A DNA stretch of 56,923 nucleotides, counting the filler, from Circinaria calcarea (taxonomy: Eukaryota), in the NCBI GenBank assembly GCA_051942165.1. It is 6 parts of 6 records of this genome, joined end to end, with 100 filler letters (N's around TTAATTAATTAA, not from the genome) between each part and the next. Parts side by side here need not be neighbours in the genome. Positions count along the whole stretch, not along the records: positions 9,509 to 18,914 come from JAVECS010000940.1; positions 19,015 to 28,418 come from JAVECS010000941.1; 4 more parts are not named here. One strand, 5' to 3'. Below the pieces are notes generated by a model. It saw only the letters and a program-made list of their open reading frames with translations, was not told the origin of the DNA and searched no databases. Each line of letters opens with the position of its first letter. Position 1 is the first letter of the stretch. This document shows positions 13,701-25,049 of the stretch, piece after piece. Both the position numbers and the translations under genes were made by a program.

Positions 13701-16700
13701 CCATTGAAGATGAGGACCTCCCACGCCATATCCAGCTCACTCCAATATCCTCTTTCAACAATCTCTGGCTGACTTGCAACCATATCAGCTCATTGTGCCA
13801 GACTCAAAACGAAAGCTTCTGCTCACCCAAGCTTCAGTCGCCGTGCAGGCACTAGTTAACGCTCCTAGTGACCTCGGTACGTCGTCAACGTGACTTTGGC
13901 TCCCACTGTCAAAAGTTGTTTGCCAATTTTCGAGGTATTGTTTCATTTTGACCGCTCCCCGATTTTGGCCGTAAAATGTGTTATTCTGAAGAGCTTGGTC
14001 TGCAACATGGGCTTCGACCTTTGCTTGTCGATCTGACATGATCCAAGAACTTTCGGTACGTTCTATCTCACTGCACATGTGTAGATGCAACGTTGTAGAG
14101 CGGGCTTTCGTCTTCAAGCAAGATAGTATGACTTATATATGGTCTGATGGTGGTTCGAAACCGAGTTCGCTTGAGGTGTCCGATTTTTGTATCTATTCGG
14201 ATTTGCAAGAATGATGGAGGCAGCCTAATCAGCATACGCACGTTATTATGAGTGGGTGAGGGCAAAGAAAGACTAACTTGAGTTACCTAAGGGCACAAAG
14301 TTCGCGCAACCTTCAATCCTAGGTAGTATGCTTGTCAAACAGGCAGGACATTCTCACGCAATGAGGCAGAAACGTTCCACTTAAAGAGTAAAAGGATTTT
14401 GAATGCGAAAAGCGTTGATTCTACTCTACCCAGCTAAGTTCTTTCTCTCATACCAGTCCCCTATGCTTTATAGCCTGCGGTGCCCTCTCTCGCGTTCTGT
14501 CCTTCCCCACCGCCTCATTTCGGTCATCCGGAGCCGTGCATTTGTTCCGTTAGATGTTGGCGAATGGGAGTTTGACGTGATCCTAGCTGGTGTCACTGAG
14601 CAGCCGCAATATCTCCACACCATTCTGCCGCTGTCAGTCGGATCATGTAGCTTCTTCTGGAGATAGGAAACGGGAACAGCATATTCCATGCTTCCAGTTG
14701 GCCAGCTTCTGAGCTCTACAAAAGCGACGTGCATGAACCCCCAACATAACAACCAATCACATAAGTATGTGCCGCCTTTGCATTAAGTTTATGGAGTGGA
14801 TCCGCCATGATCATCAGTATCTCAACCAGTCTCCCTTTCCCAGTCTATCAGATCGAGTCGTATATCACAGTTGCTTGGGGCAGCAACTGTAGAACCTCTG
14901 GGCTTTGCTGGCGTCGTTCGCTCTGAGAGATATCGTTGTCTTCTATATATGGAATGTGCGGAGGAGTCACGAAGACCACGGTTTGCACTTGGCTTAGCTA
15001 ACTATTAAGAAAAAGTGAGCAGTCTCCAATGGCGGGATGACGGCTCTGCACGTCAGAAGTGAGGCATATTCTTTGACCATGCTGACCTAACTCTGCAAAG
15101 CGCAACCGTAGGCAGATATCCAAGGAATTTGTGTTGCGCCTTACCCAATGAGACTTCCCGTTCCCGGAATCTGCAGGTTACCGCAGCCTTGGGTCGGGTT
15201 GTTTCTGCGGGTATCCGCCGCCAAACAGCCATGCTACTGCAGGTAACCGAGCTCATGGGATATCTGGAGCCACTCAACATGTCTATCATATGGCCTCGGG
15301 CCCCCGAATTTCGCGCTCCACGGGGCATTGATTTGGCACGTCATTGTGGCGGCTGATTCTCTTGGGGATTTGGTCACCAGATGTGTGGTCCTTGAGCTAA
15401 TTATGCATCACAAATCACACCTCAGTCAACTCATGCAACCCGGGTCAGCTAGTACTTCGACAGACAAAGTGCTGAATACTTGGTTCTACGTACCTACTCG
15501 AAATGCCAACCACCACTATTGCGGCTATCGTCTCCAATAATTGAGTTATCCGGAGCAATGGGGCGTGATAGTGCATGTAAGAGATCGGTGCTGCACTGCT
15601 GGAGCAATGCCAGCTCAGTGCAGATATGCAGTACCTAAGCGGTAGCCTACGCGTCGTCTCAAATGGACCGTTCGAGAGGATCGCTTGCATACGGATATGC
15701 CACCTCCAAAGCTAATCGCGCACTGCTCAGCTGGGTTGCCCACCTTGCGGTAGGGTTGGCGGGAGCGGCAAAACTTTAGCGGCAATGCATGCTTACTAAT
15801 TTTCCGCACCAGTAGTTGACTATAGACCCGCCATTACCACGACGCTTTTCAAGAATGTCTCATCACGTTATCATGGGGGTGTGCGTCTGTCTAGTTGACA
15901 ACATACTAGACGGCAACGCGCATAGGAATATGAAGCCTTACTCCTCGTGCATACGTGAGAAGCGCCGAAATTGGAGTCCTCAAGCCAGCTACTAGCAGGC
16001 GATCCACAGAGACAAGCCAAGCTAAGGAAGGCAGCCAGATGCATTGCTCTATGAGGCTCATGTACCTATTTTTTAATATCCCGATTACACCGTCACGGAC
16101 TTAGGGCTGGTTGTTCTGAAATAAGGGACCCTCTTGATCTCCCATGGAGCAATATGGACTTAGCGATGGATATGTACTGGGTATGTCTTATTCAAAGCCC
16201 TTTTTGTGCTTTGAGCGGTATCGACATACCCACATCTTTCCGCGTTGTCATATGAGTTTCATGCCTATCGCTTCACCAATTTCAATATCAGCATAGAAGG
16301 TAAATAAAGTCGACTACACGCCAGAGCATTAAGACTTAACGCTAGGTTACTACCCTTTGATCGTTCTTGAGCCGTTTACATCTTCACCTTGCACAGGACC
16401 TAATTAAAACTTCGCCGGATAGCCAGGATATATATGGGAGGAGACCGAGTAGTTGGGGATGATATTGAAGTATTGTTCGGAAGTACAGTGAAAGAAGCTC
16501 ATTATAGAACTAGACACTATTTCAATCCACAAAGGGTAGAGTTCACCAAATGAACAAGGGCATGCTTGGCGGTCCAGTAGCTACCTTAATAGCAGCTTCA
16601 ACCTCTTCAGCGGCATTACTGAGAAGGGCTAGGGATCGTTCTTACGTGGAATGATATCATTGATATCGATACACTATGCCAGAGAAGATGCATACCACTG

Positions 16701-17502
16701 AATTCAACCTACCAATCCTCACGATACCCTAGAGATTTGGGCCGGCCTGGAGTACTAGACCCTTGGGTTACTGCTGGAAGCCACGACTCCATAGCTAGTT
16801 GCCGGTGTCCTAGCATCTATTTGGGTACCTCTGACGTATCTAAAAAGTTGTAGAAGTGCGGAAGTGTAGTCGACTGGCACTATGTTGGATAACTACTTTA
16901 GCAGCCCATTAGCTCTAGCATTTTATCGCGAGTTTGTCCGAGTACTTTTTCAGTAAACTAAGCATGATCAGTCTGTTTTGTAACTCAACACAGCTGACGC
17001 ACTTATTCTAGGCAAGGACGCCCAAGGCTCCTTATACCACGGTAAATACCAAATTGCTCAGTAATTCTGGAACGTGCAGTGGCGCTGGAAGAATACAACC
17101 CAGCCCACCACAACAGGTAATGAGGCACACCATTTGTGTATTAAAAGCTCTACCGTTTCATTGAAGCGTCATCTAGGCGCCGAATATAGTATTTACAGCA
17201 GTTCCTATATTGATTAATATAATAAGCACCTGGAGTCACTACCTGAGTCTCGCGGTTTGCCCCCCCCCGGCCCAAAAAATAGCTGCAATCGTAGGGGTTT
17301 CTCAGGCGAGATAGCCCTAGGTAACTACGTAGTACGGCCGGCGAGTTCTGGGTATCCATGTTTCTTTTGGCAAGCGCGAGCTATGGTATGGTAAACACGG
17401 CTAAATAAGCTTACCTTAATCTAAGCCAAAAACGGCTGAACCGGGTGTGGCTTTATATTCTTCGGGAAATACCTCTTTTGGTAGACTGGGACCATTGCGG
17501 TA

Positions 17503-18812
17503 ATGGCTGTCCCAAGTAGCCAAATCTCTTTCAAGTATTTCCCTCTGACCTTACTACCAGCTCAGTTTCTCATCATCGCCGTAGCTGGGTTGACACGACC
17601 TTCCTCAATAATTCGCTATACGGCTACAGTCCTAAATGGAATTTTGGCAGTCTATTTTCAGGCGATATGCCATGATTACATGTCGAATTCGGCCCATAAG
17701 CAAGTCGCAGGCACATTTCTGTTCATATATTTCTTCCTGTCAATCGAGAGGCTGCTCATAAGCAGCTGGAACTTTGACTCCGGGGGCCCAGAATTTTATA
17801 GAAAGAGCAGCGGGAGAGGGAATGGCAGCGCGATAGTTCGAAAAAAAGCCACTCGCGAAGAATCAGGACCAGTGCCGACTCCCTGGAATCAGTTTGTTTA
17901 CATTTCGGATTTGCTGTTTGGTTTGCGGGGTGTGGGAAAGCCGTGGGAAGTCAAGAATGTCCCTAGATATCAACATATACCCTCTCGGACAAAGTTTCTA
18001 TGGGACTACCTGGTGTGGACGCTATGCATCTATCTGCTTGTCGATTTTGGCGGAGCATTTCCACCCACAGATCTGGAACCGTTTGGTGTGAGGAAAGAGG
18101 CTTTGTTAAGCAGGATTACTGAGGTGACGGGCGAGGAGATTGGCCTAAGGATTGCTGCCTCCCTTGGTTTCTGGGTCTATTCGTACTGTACTATGGCCTC
18201 ATTTGCGGCCGTCGGTGGAGTGCTATCTGTTGGAATCGGTTTGAGTAGACCGTCGTCCTGGCGGCCTCTGTTTGGTTCTATCTCGGAAGCCTATACTGTC
18301 CGTCGTTTCTGGGGGTAGGTTAATACGACAGTAGTGGCCTAGTTTCATATGCTAACATCGGAACTAGGGTCTTCTGGCATCAAAATCTCCGCTCAACTTT
18401 CGAGGGTTTGTCTACCTTTACCACAGAAAAGGTTTTGCCCCTTCCGAAGTCAGCGGTAGTAGACCGTTACACGAATATTCTTATTGCTTTCTTCATCTCG
18501 GGACTGATCCACCTGGGCACGGAGTTTACCGCCGGAATCACTCTTAATGAATCAGGTGCAATGAGATTTTTCTGCATCCAAGCACTTGCGGTTATGTTCG
18601 AAGACACTGTTCAAGCAAGTTTTTTATATATTACAGGGGCTCGGAGGGGTCCTGGACGACCTTGGCTTCTCTGGCGAATACTGGGATATATCTGGACGGC
18701 GTCCTTCTTCACTTGGACCACAGCGTGGTGGGCGTATCCTCATGCTCGGCATCACAATGGGGATACGGATAACATGTTTTCTTTCAGCATTGCTAAACAA
18801 GTAATCACTTAG
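17503..18812 (+). CDS. Tri7-like membrane-bound O-acyltransferase (MBOAT_2/wax-synthase family)
   Basis: Multiple hydrophobic segments. WRPLFGSISEAYTVRRFWG|VFWHQ spans intron 18315-18367. Also AFFISGLIH (putative catalytic His) and FFCIQALAVMFED. Confidence 0.85.
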
Positions 18813-18914
18813 GATTAAAAAAAGAATATCATTTCAATGTTTATATATAGCCAATAGGATCTTGGGTCTTGTCTGCAGTTTATCAGTTTCCCTCTCGAGG
18901 GCTATGCTGGATAT

Positions 18915-19014
18915 NNNNNNNNNNNNNNNNNNNNNNNNNNNNNNNNNNNNNNNNNNNNTTAATTAATTAANNNNNNNNNNNNNNNNNNNNNNNNNNNNNN
19001 NNNNNNNNNNNNNN
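18915..19014. other. Artificial contig spacer 2
   Basis: 44 N + TTAATTAATTAA + 44 N. Confidence 0.98.
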
Positions 19015-22000
19015 TGTAAAACCTGCTTGCAGAGGCAGAGACAGAGAAAAAGAATCTTCTGTGTTAGATTTAATGTTTTCTAAGTTAACGGGCATCTCTG
19101 CTAAACTATTTTCAAATAGACTTATTAAAGGTACTATTATTAAAAAATATGCAAAATATAAAGCAGTTGATATTTGCCCAAATTCTATGAATGGAGACTC
19201 TACGTGTTTAGCTCCTAATTGCATTAAAATTAAAAAGTTACCAACAAAGATAAAAAATGCTATTTTACTTAAAGGTCTAAATTGTGTACCTCTAGATCTA
19301 GATAAATCTGTAAATGGCATGGCTAATAAAATTAAAATCGCAGAAAACATAGCAATAACTCCTAATAATTTATTAGGTATAGATCTTAATATAGCATAGA
19401 ATGGTAATAAGTATCATTCAGGTACTATAGCAGGTGGAGTTTGCATTGGGTTAGCCATTACATAATTTTCACTATCCCCTAAAAGATTCGGCATAAAAAA
19501 TACAATTACAGATAACACTAAGATAAATAAGAAGATAGTTATTAAATCTTTAAATATAAAATAAGGGGCAAATGGTAATCTATCATAATTATTTGATATA
19601 CCTAAAGGATTGTTTGAACCTGCACTATCATGTAATGCAATTAAGTGCATTAAAACCAAAGCTGCTAAAACAAAAGGTAAAACAAAATGTAAAGCAAAAA
19701 ATCTATTTAAAGTAGCATTGTTAACACTAAATCCTCCTCAAATAAATTCTACTATGTCTTGTCCTACTCATGGTATAGCACTCATTAAATTAGTAATAAC
19801 TGTTGCCAAATCTTTAATTTGCTAATTCTAGCTTAACGGTAGATTGGTTTAACCTCGCGTTTTACTTTATATGTTAAAAAAAAGCAAACCATGTGCAATA
19901 TACTCATTATATGGACCTTAGATCGAGATGATTGTAATTTAATACAGTATAAAGCCTTGTGTTACACACGAATAAAAAGAGTAACTTTTCTTCATTATGT
20001 AAAAAGATCCCGACTATACATTAAGCAGCATTTCAGCCACCCACCGATGGACTAGTCTGTAGCGATAGTTTACTCTACCGACGGTCTAAATGTAAAACAA
20101 ACATCTTTGACCGTTTTCATCAGTATTGCTATATGGTTAACAGTCAACCGAAGCAAGCGGTTGACCTCCCGCTTGGTCGAAGGAGAGTCTAAATTATCAG
20201 TAAAAATTACTTTAGAGATCACCATATAACTATGTAAAATTTTTATTTAGGTTAGACTATTTTGTATTTCATTTCAGGTATTATGTAAGGAGACACTATC
20301 GCTCTAAGATTGTTCATAGATTCTTTTCAAACGTAAATAACATATTGATCTTTACTCCCTGCTGACTGCACAGAAGCTTTAATGTTAAAATTATCATTTA
20401 ATACTACCACAAGTTTCATACAATCGTTATAAGTAAAAGAATGGGTGCAAAATTTAAAATCATTACCTCTTTTAGATCCATCGTGCATAATTCAAATAGC
20501 TAGAGCTAAAGGTGTTAAGTATTCACCAATACAGTCCGGTACATGCTTTATACCATCTTTATATCAGATATTATAGATTCAATTAAAACTAGTGTAAGTT
20601 CAAGATGTAAATCTTACGACTTTACGTAATTTACCTTTACTACCCAATCTTTGTAGAAGGACTGGTGTTTTTGGATTACAATAACCAGCTTCAGACATAA
20701 ATTTATGTAAATATAATAAATATTCCACATGAGAATCTTCTTGAGAAAAGGAAAATCTAGTCGCCACACCATTTAGTCTTTTTTCGCCATGAGCGTCCCC
20801 TAGAAGAGATCCGAATATAATAGATAGAATATTTTTATTATGCGGACCTATTCTATAAATACCTTTTAATCTACTTGCTTTATAACCAATCGTTTCTGAA
20901 GCAGAAACTGTGCTTATTATAAAAATAAAAATAAAAATAAAAAACCCACAATAAAAATTCCACATTTGAGGCTTTAAACTTAAACCTCATAGTGACATTT
21001 GTCCATATGGTAAAACATACAAACTTATTTTATATAACAATATAAAACTAGAATAACTTTTAATTCGTATATTCTATTGACCATTGTCAAATGTTTCGAC
21101 TGTACATTAAGCAGCATTTCAGCCACCCACCAGTGACCCAGTCTGTAGCGATCATTTATATAACCGACGGTCTCTATTATTATTTAATAATCTTTGACCG
21201 TTTTCACTAGCATTGCCAAATAAATAAATAAATAAATAAATAAATATATTTATTCAATAATCCTGTCGGATTATTCCACTTTATTTCCTGGACTTTAATC
21301 AAATAATTTGTCCAGGTCTATTAATAAAGATAAAGTTATATCTCGAACTAATAAACTATTTTTCTATAAAGATTACATAGAAATTTAAACTTGTGGGACT
21401 ATAACCTAAATAAAACTTCATATTTAAGCATTTTTAACTATTATACGTCTTTTTAACAACTTTTTTGTTAGCTTCAAAGGTTCTTCTTATGGTTTTCTCA
21501 TTACAATTTAAAGATTTAGCTCTTTCCATAATACTAGGATATTCACCATATACTGTATAATTTAAATTATATATTAGTAAGGATTTAGATTTTTTTTTCA
21601 TATTCAATAATGCTATTTCAGAATATAATGGCTTTTTATTAAAAAAAGGCACTTTTTCTCATTATTTGTAGAGTTTAGAGACTAAACTTTTTATCTTTAT
21701 TTAAATTCCCTATCCATATACGACGCTCGAGACTATAATCACACTTGATTTTAATTCTTGTTATTTCAGTATGTTTATAGCCAAAACTTGAACCGGCTTT
21801 TGTTAATATATTATAATTAGGTAATAAAGACTTTAAATCTAAATCTTCTAGATCTAATAATTTTTTTAGATTTTCTATATTTACTAGTTCGGGAATAATT
21901 ATAGTATAATAAATGCAAATACAGATATCTTATACTTTCTTACTGCTGTTTTAACAATCTTACTACCATTAAAATTAAACAAATGATTAGAAAATCTAGC

Positions 22001-22763
22001 ATAAAATTTATTTGTTGAAGCGGACCCTCTAGAGTAATATAAAGTAACTTTATTTAATGTTAAATAAATACCACTAAGGTTTAGAGTTTCTAATTTAATC
22101 TTTAGAGAGAGACAATCCAATTATAACTTTTCATAAACATAAACAGGGTTTAAGTTTTCTTTAAGTAAATCAGTCATTATTTGGCTTTTTTTCTAATTGT
22201 GTTACATGAAAACCTTCCATAATTAAAGGTGAGATTAAACTAGAATGATATCTTTTAGATATTAAATTTAATTTGTTAAGATTTATGCTTTTATACAATA
22301 ATTTATTATTATTACTATTGCTTGTCATATATGAATTATTTAATTTAGATCATTTTGGGCTATGTTTATAACCCAGAAAGGCTGTAGCTATCATTAATAT
22401 AAATATTACTGTACCTAGAGTTCAAACTAATGTTCTTGGAGCTTTATATGATCCATAGTATAATCCTCTACCTATATGTAAGTATACTAGGAAAAAGAAT
22501 GCAGATGCCGTGTTGGAATGTAAATAACGTAATAATCATCCATTATTTACATCACGCATTATATGTTCCACGGAATTAAATGCTTCTAATACACTAGGGT
22601 TGTAATGCATTGCTAGAGTTACACCTGTAATTATTTGTATAGCTAAACAAAACGCTAGTAAAGAACCGAAGTTTCAGAAATAACTTAGGTTGGATGGTTG
22701 TGGTGAGTCAATTAAATATGAATTAACCAATTTTAACAAGGGATGACTTTTAAATATTCTCAT
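19015..22763 (-). CDS. cob: Apocytochrome b; exons 22763-22371, 21019-20984 and 19806 to the contig end (3' end not seen)
   Basis: Reads [40 protein letters not shown] | [12 protein letters not shown] | [26 protein letters not shown]. The exons join in frame with TGA=Trp. Confidence 0.97.
19807..20983 (-). mobile_element. Group I intron (subgroup ID-like core) at cob position 429
   Basis: The upstream exon ends in U (GGT) and the intron ends in G. The core at about 20011-20130 reads GAAAACGGTCAAAG..GCTACAGACT..GGTGGGTGGCTGAAATGCTGCTTAATGTATAGTCG on the sense strand. Confidence 0.9.
20252..20983 (-). CDS. Intron-encoded double-motif LAGLIDADG homing endonuclease/maturase, in frame with cob exon 2, apparently intact (243 codons)
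   Basis: Motifs [11 protein letters not shown] and LALAIWIMHDG. The frame stays open through TGA=Trp codons to TAA at 20254-20252. Confidence 0.88.
21020..22370 (-). mobile_element. Group I intron (subgroup ID-like core) at cob position 393
   Basis: Exon 1 is exactly 393 nt and ends in U. The terminal G is at 21020. The core at about 21097-21217 closely matches the other intron core. Confidence 0.9.
21434..22370 (-). pseudogene. Degenerate GIY-YIG homing endonuclease with NUMOD-type repeats
   Basis: Remnants [44 protein letters not shown] and [20 protein letters not shown]. It begins in frame with exon 1 but has TAA stops and frameshifts. Confidence 0.85.
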
Positions 22764-22850
22764 TTTTTTTTTTTTATTTTTTGTTTTAATTTATTTTTTT
22801 TTTATTAATATTAATCTCGGGTAGTTTATTTCTCCGTTTACCCTTTCTTA
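22761..22850 (-). repeat. cob 5' leader plus start codon, copy 1 of an ~90-bp direct repeat
   Basis: On the + strand: cat(t)n attttttgttttaatttattt..tattaatattaatctcgggtagtttatttctccgtttacc. It matches 23651-23740. Confidence 0.9.
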
Positions 22851-23167
22851 AAATAGAAAATTATTATTTAGAATCTAGATATGTTTTATCTAAATAGAAA
22901 ATATATGCTTTTATTATAAAATATTACACACTAAGATTATACATCTGTGTTTTAATTAAAAAAAAAAGGATAACTTTTAAAGCTTCTTACCTCTTATTTA
23001 TCTCTCTCTCTCTCTAAAATTAACCTTTTTCGTTGTCACAACATTTTTTGTTGCTATTATACCACTAAAGAGTATATTAACGAAAAGTATTAATATGGTT
23101 TAGACTAAGGCTCTATTAATACCAAGCAAAAAAAAAAATGTAAAGTTGTTTAAAAATAGTTGAGCTA

Positions 23168-23653
23168 CTAGTCTGAATCAAATATATCAAAAGGTTGTTC
23201 ATCTAGTGAGGCGTAATCGTCTAATAAAGAACTTTCTTCTTTTTTTTCAGTTTCAACCTTTTCTAACTTTTCGAGATATTCCTTTGCTTCCTCTATTTCA
23301 TCTTTATATTCTTCTCTAATTTCTTCACTTTCACAATCTTCTTTAGCTTTTAGATTATTCTCTATAGTCTTCATATAAACTCATTTTTGGTCTTCACAAG
23401 ACATTTCATTATTAGGACTTGGCAAATCTTCTATATTTAGTTGTACATTAGGATCAGTGTTTTTTATTTCTTGCATATTAGTATAAAGTGCACTGTATTT
23501 TTCGGAATCTTCATATTCTTGACGATCTTTATCCTCTCTTTCTTTTATTTCTTGTATAAAAAGAGGCTCTTTAGATCTTCTTTCAAGTTCTTCAGTTATT
23601 GCTTCATTATCTTCGTTTAAATGGATATTAATTTCTTCTAGTTTTCTTTTCAT
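23168..23653 (-). CDS. Orphan acidic Glu/Asp/Lys-rich mitochondrial ORF, 161 aa
   Basis: Track ORFs 23381-23653 and 23168-23374 fuse in frame through TGA(Trp)-GTT-TAT. The protein ends SSLLDDYASLDEQPFDIFDSD-TAG. Confidence 0.75.
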
Positions 23654-23740
23654 TTTTTTTTTATTTTTTGTTTTAATTTATTTTTTTTATTAATATTGAT
23701 CTCGGGTAGTTTATTTCTCAGTTTACCGGCTTCTTGAAAG
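23651..23740 (-). repeat. Duplicated cob 5' leader plus ATG, copy 2, upstream of the acidic ORF
   Basis: On the + strand: cat(t)n attttttgttttaatttattt..tattaatattgatctcgggtagtttatttctcagtttacc. Confidence 0.9.
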
Positions 23741-25049
23741 AGAGAGTTATGCTGAATTTTAATATTTTAGATTTAAATATTACCTAAAAATATAATAGAA
23801 ATTATATCTAATGTGTCACACACACATTACTATTGTGATTTAGTGGTGACAAATAAGGAAAAGATTTTATTTTTTTTTTTTAAGTAAATAGCTCGCGATT
23901 TATCATTTTCAGATTAAGATGGTATTATATAATACCAGCTTAACATTTTATTTGTAGTTTATCTAGATTAATTTATAATACAGTATTTCTTATTATGTAT
24001 ATATAATATATAACTAGATTTAAAACTAATAGTTTTATATGGGAGACTCTCGATTCCTTATTTAAATTATTATATTTTTAGGTTAGCCTTAACCTTACAG
24101 TTATCGACACATGTGTGATGGGCAGGGCAAACAACATATACGTGGCGTACGGCAGCACAATTGTCACAATATTTCATTAATAACGAAAAAATTATTTATA
24201 CACATCTAGTAGAAAGAGAGTGTTTTATCCCAATCATAAACTTCGGTGGTATTAAACCAGTTTTCATGAACAGAATTAAGGTTAGAGGGGAGATCCCATT
24301 TACCAATTTGATCTAGAATTAAAAAAAAATAAATAACATGAAAATTATTTTTTTTTTATTTATTTTTTTTTACACTGCCTTTTAGAGGATTGTAAAGGTC
24401 TTTCTAAAATGAATTAATTAAACTAGTTAAATTAAACTAATTAAAATCTAAACAAATCTTAGATTTTTTATCTAAGTTACAATATTACTCTCTAGAGGTA
24501 AATTAACAGAGGGATTAACTTTAGCGAACATTAGATTAAATTTAACCAACTTTTTTTTTTTATCCAAGGATGATTTTTAAGATTATCATTATTATTTTAG
24601 AGAGAGAGAGAGAGAGAAAGGGTATTATGTTAAATAATGCTTTAGACAAGAGACTTATATCTAAAGCTCTAAAGGTAAATAAGTAAAACCTGTTGCAAAT
24701 TTAAAAAGAATTAAAAATATTTAATAAGCTATACTTTTATAGCATAGCTATAAGATATTAGTGATATCAAGCCGCATTCATGAATGTGGTGTTAAGCTGT
24801 ACACAGATTACGCTGTGTCGAATTACTTCTAGTATAATTAGGATTTAAGTTTGTTATCTGCAATTCGTTTTAACCCCATGCTTTTTTTTTACAACACAAA
24901 TGTTTGCCTCTCTATATGTTCCACGTGTATATTGAGTAAATTTATATCAACCGTGTGTAATGTTACCATATGCATATACATGATGCGTAACTTAGTACCA
25001 CGTTGATTCACTCGTTTCTGCAGTGTTGGACATAAATATTCTATTTTCC

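Noticed and set aside
19414..20600. Apparent stops fragmenting cob and the LAGLIDADG ORF in the ORF track
   Set aside because: They are TGA codons read as Trp in fungal mitochondria.
24000..24330. Possible mitochondrial tRNA or rnpB in GC-richer patches
   Set aside because: No cloverleaf, T-loop or RNase P conserved boxes could be identified by eye. A covariance search would be needed.
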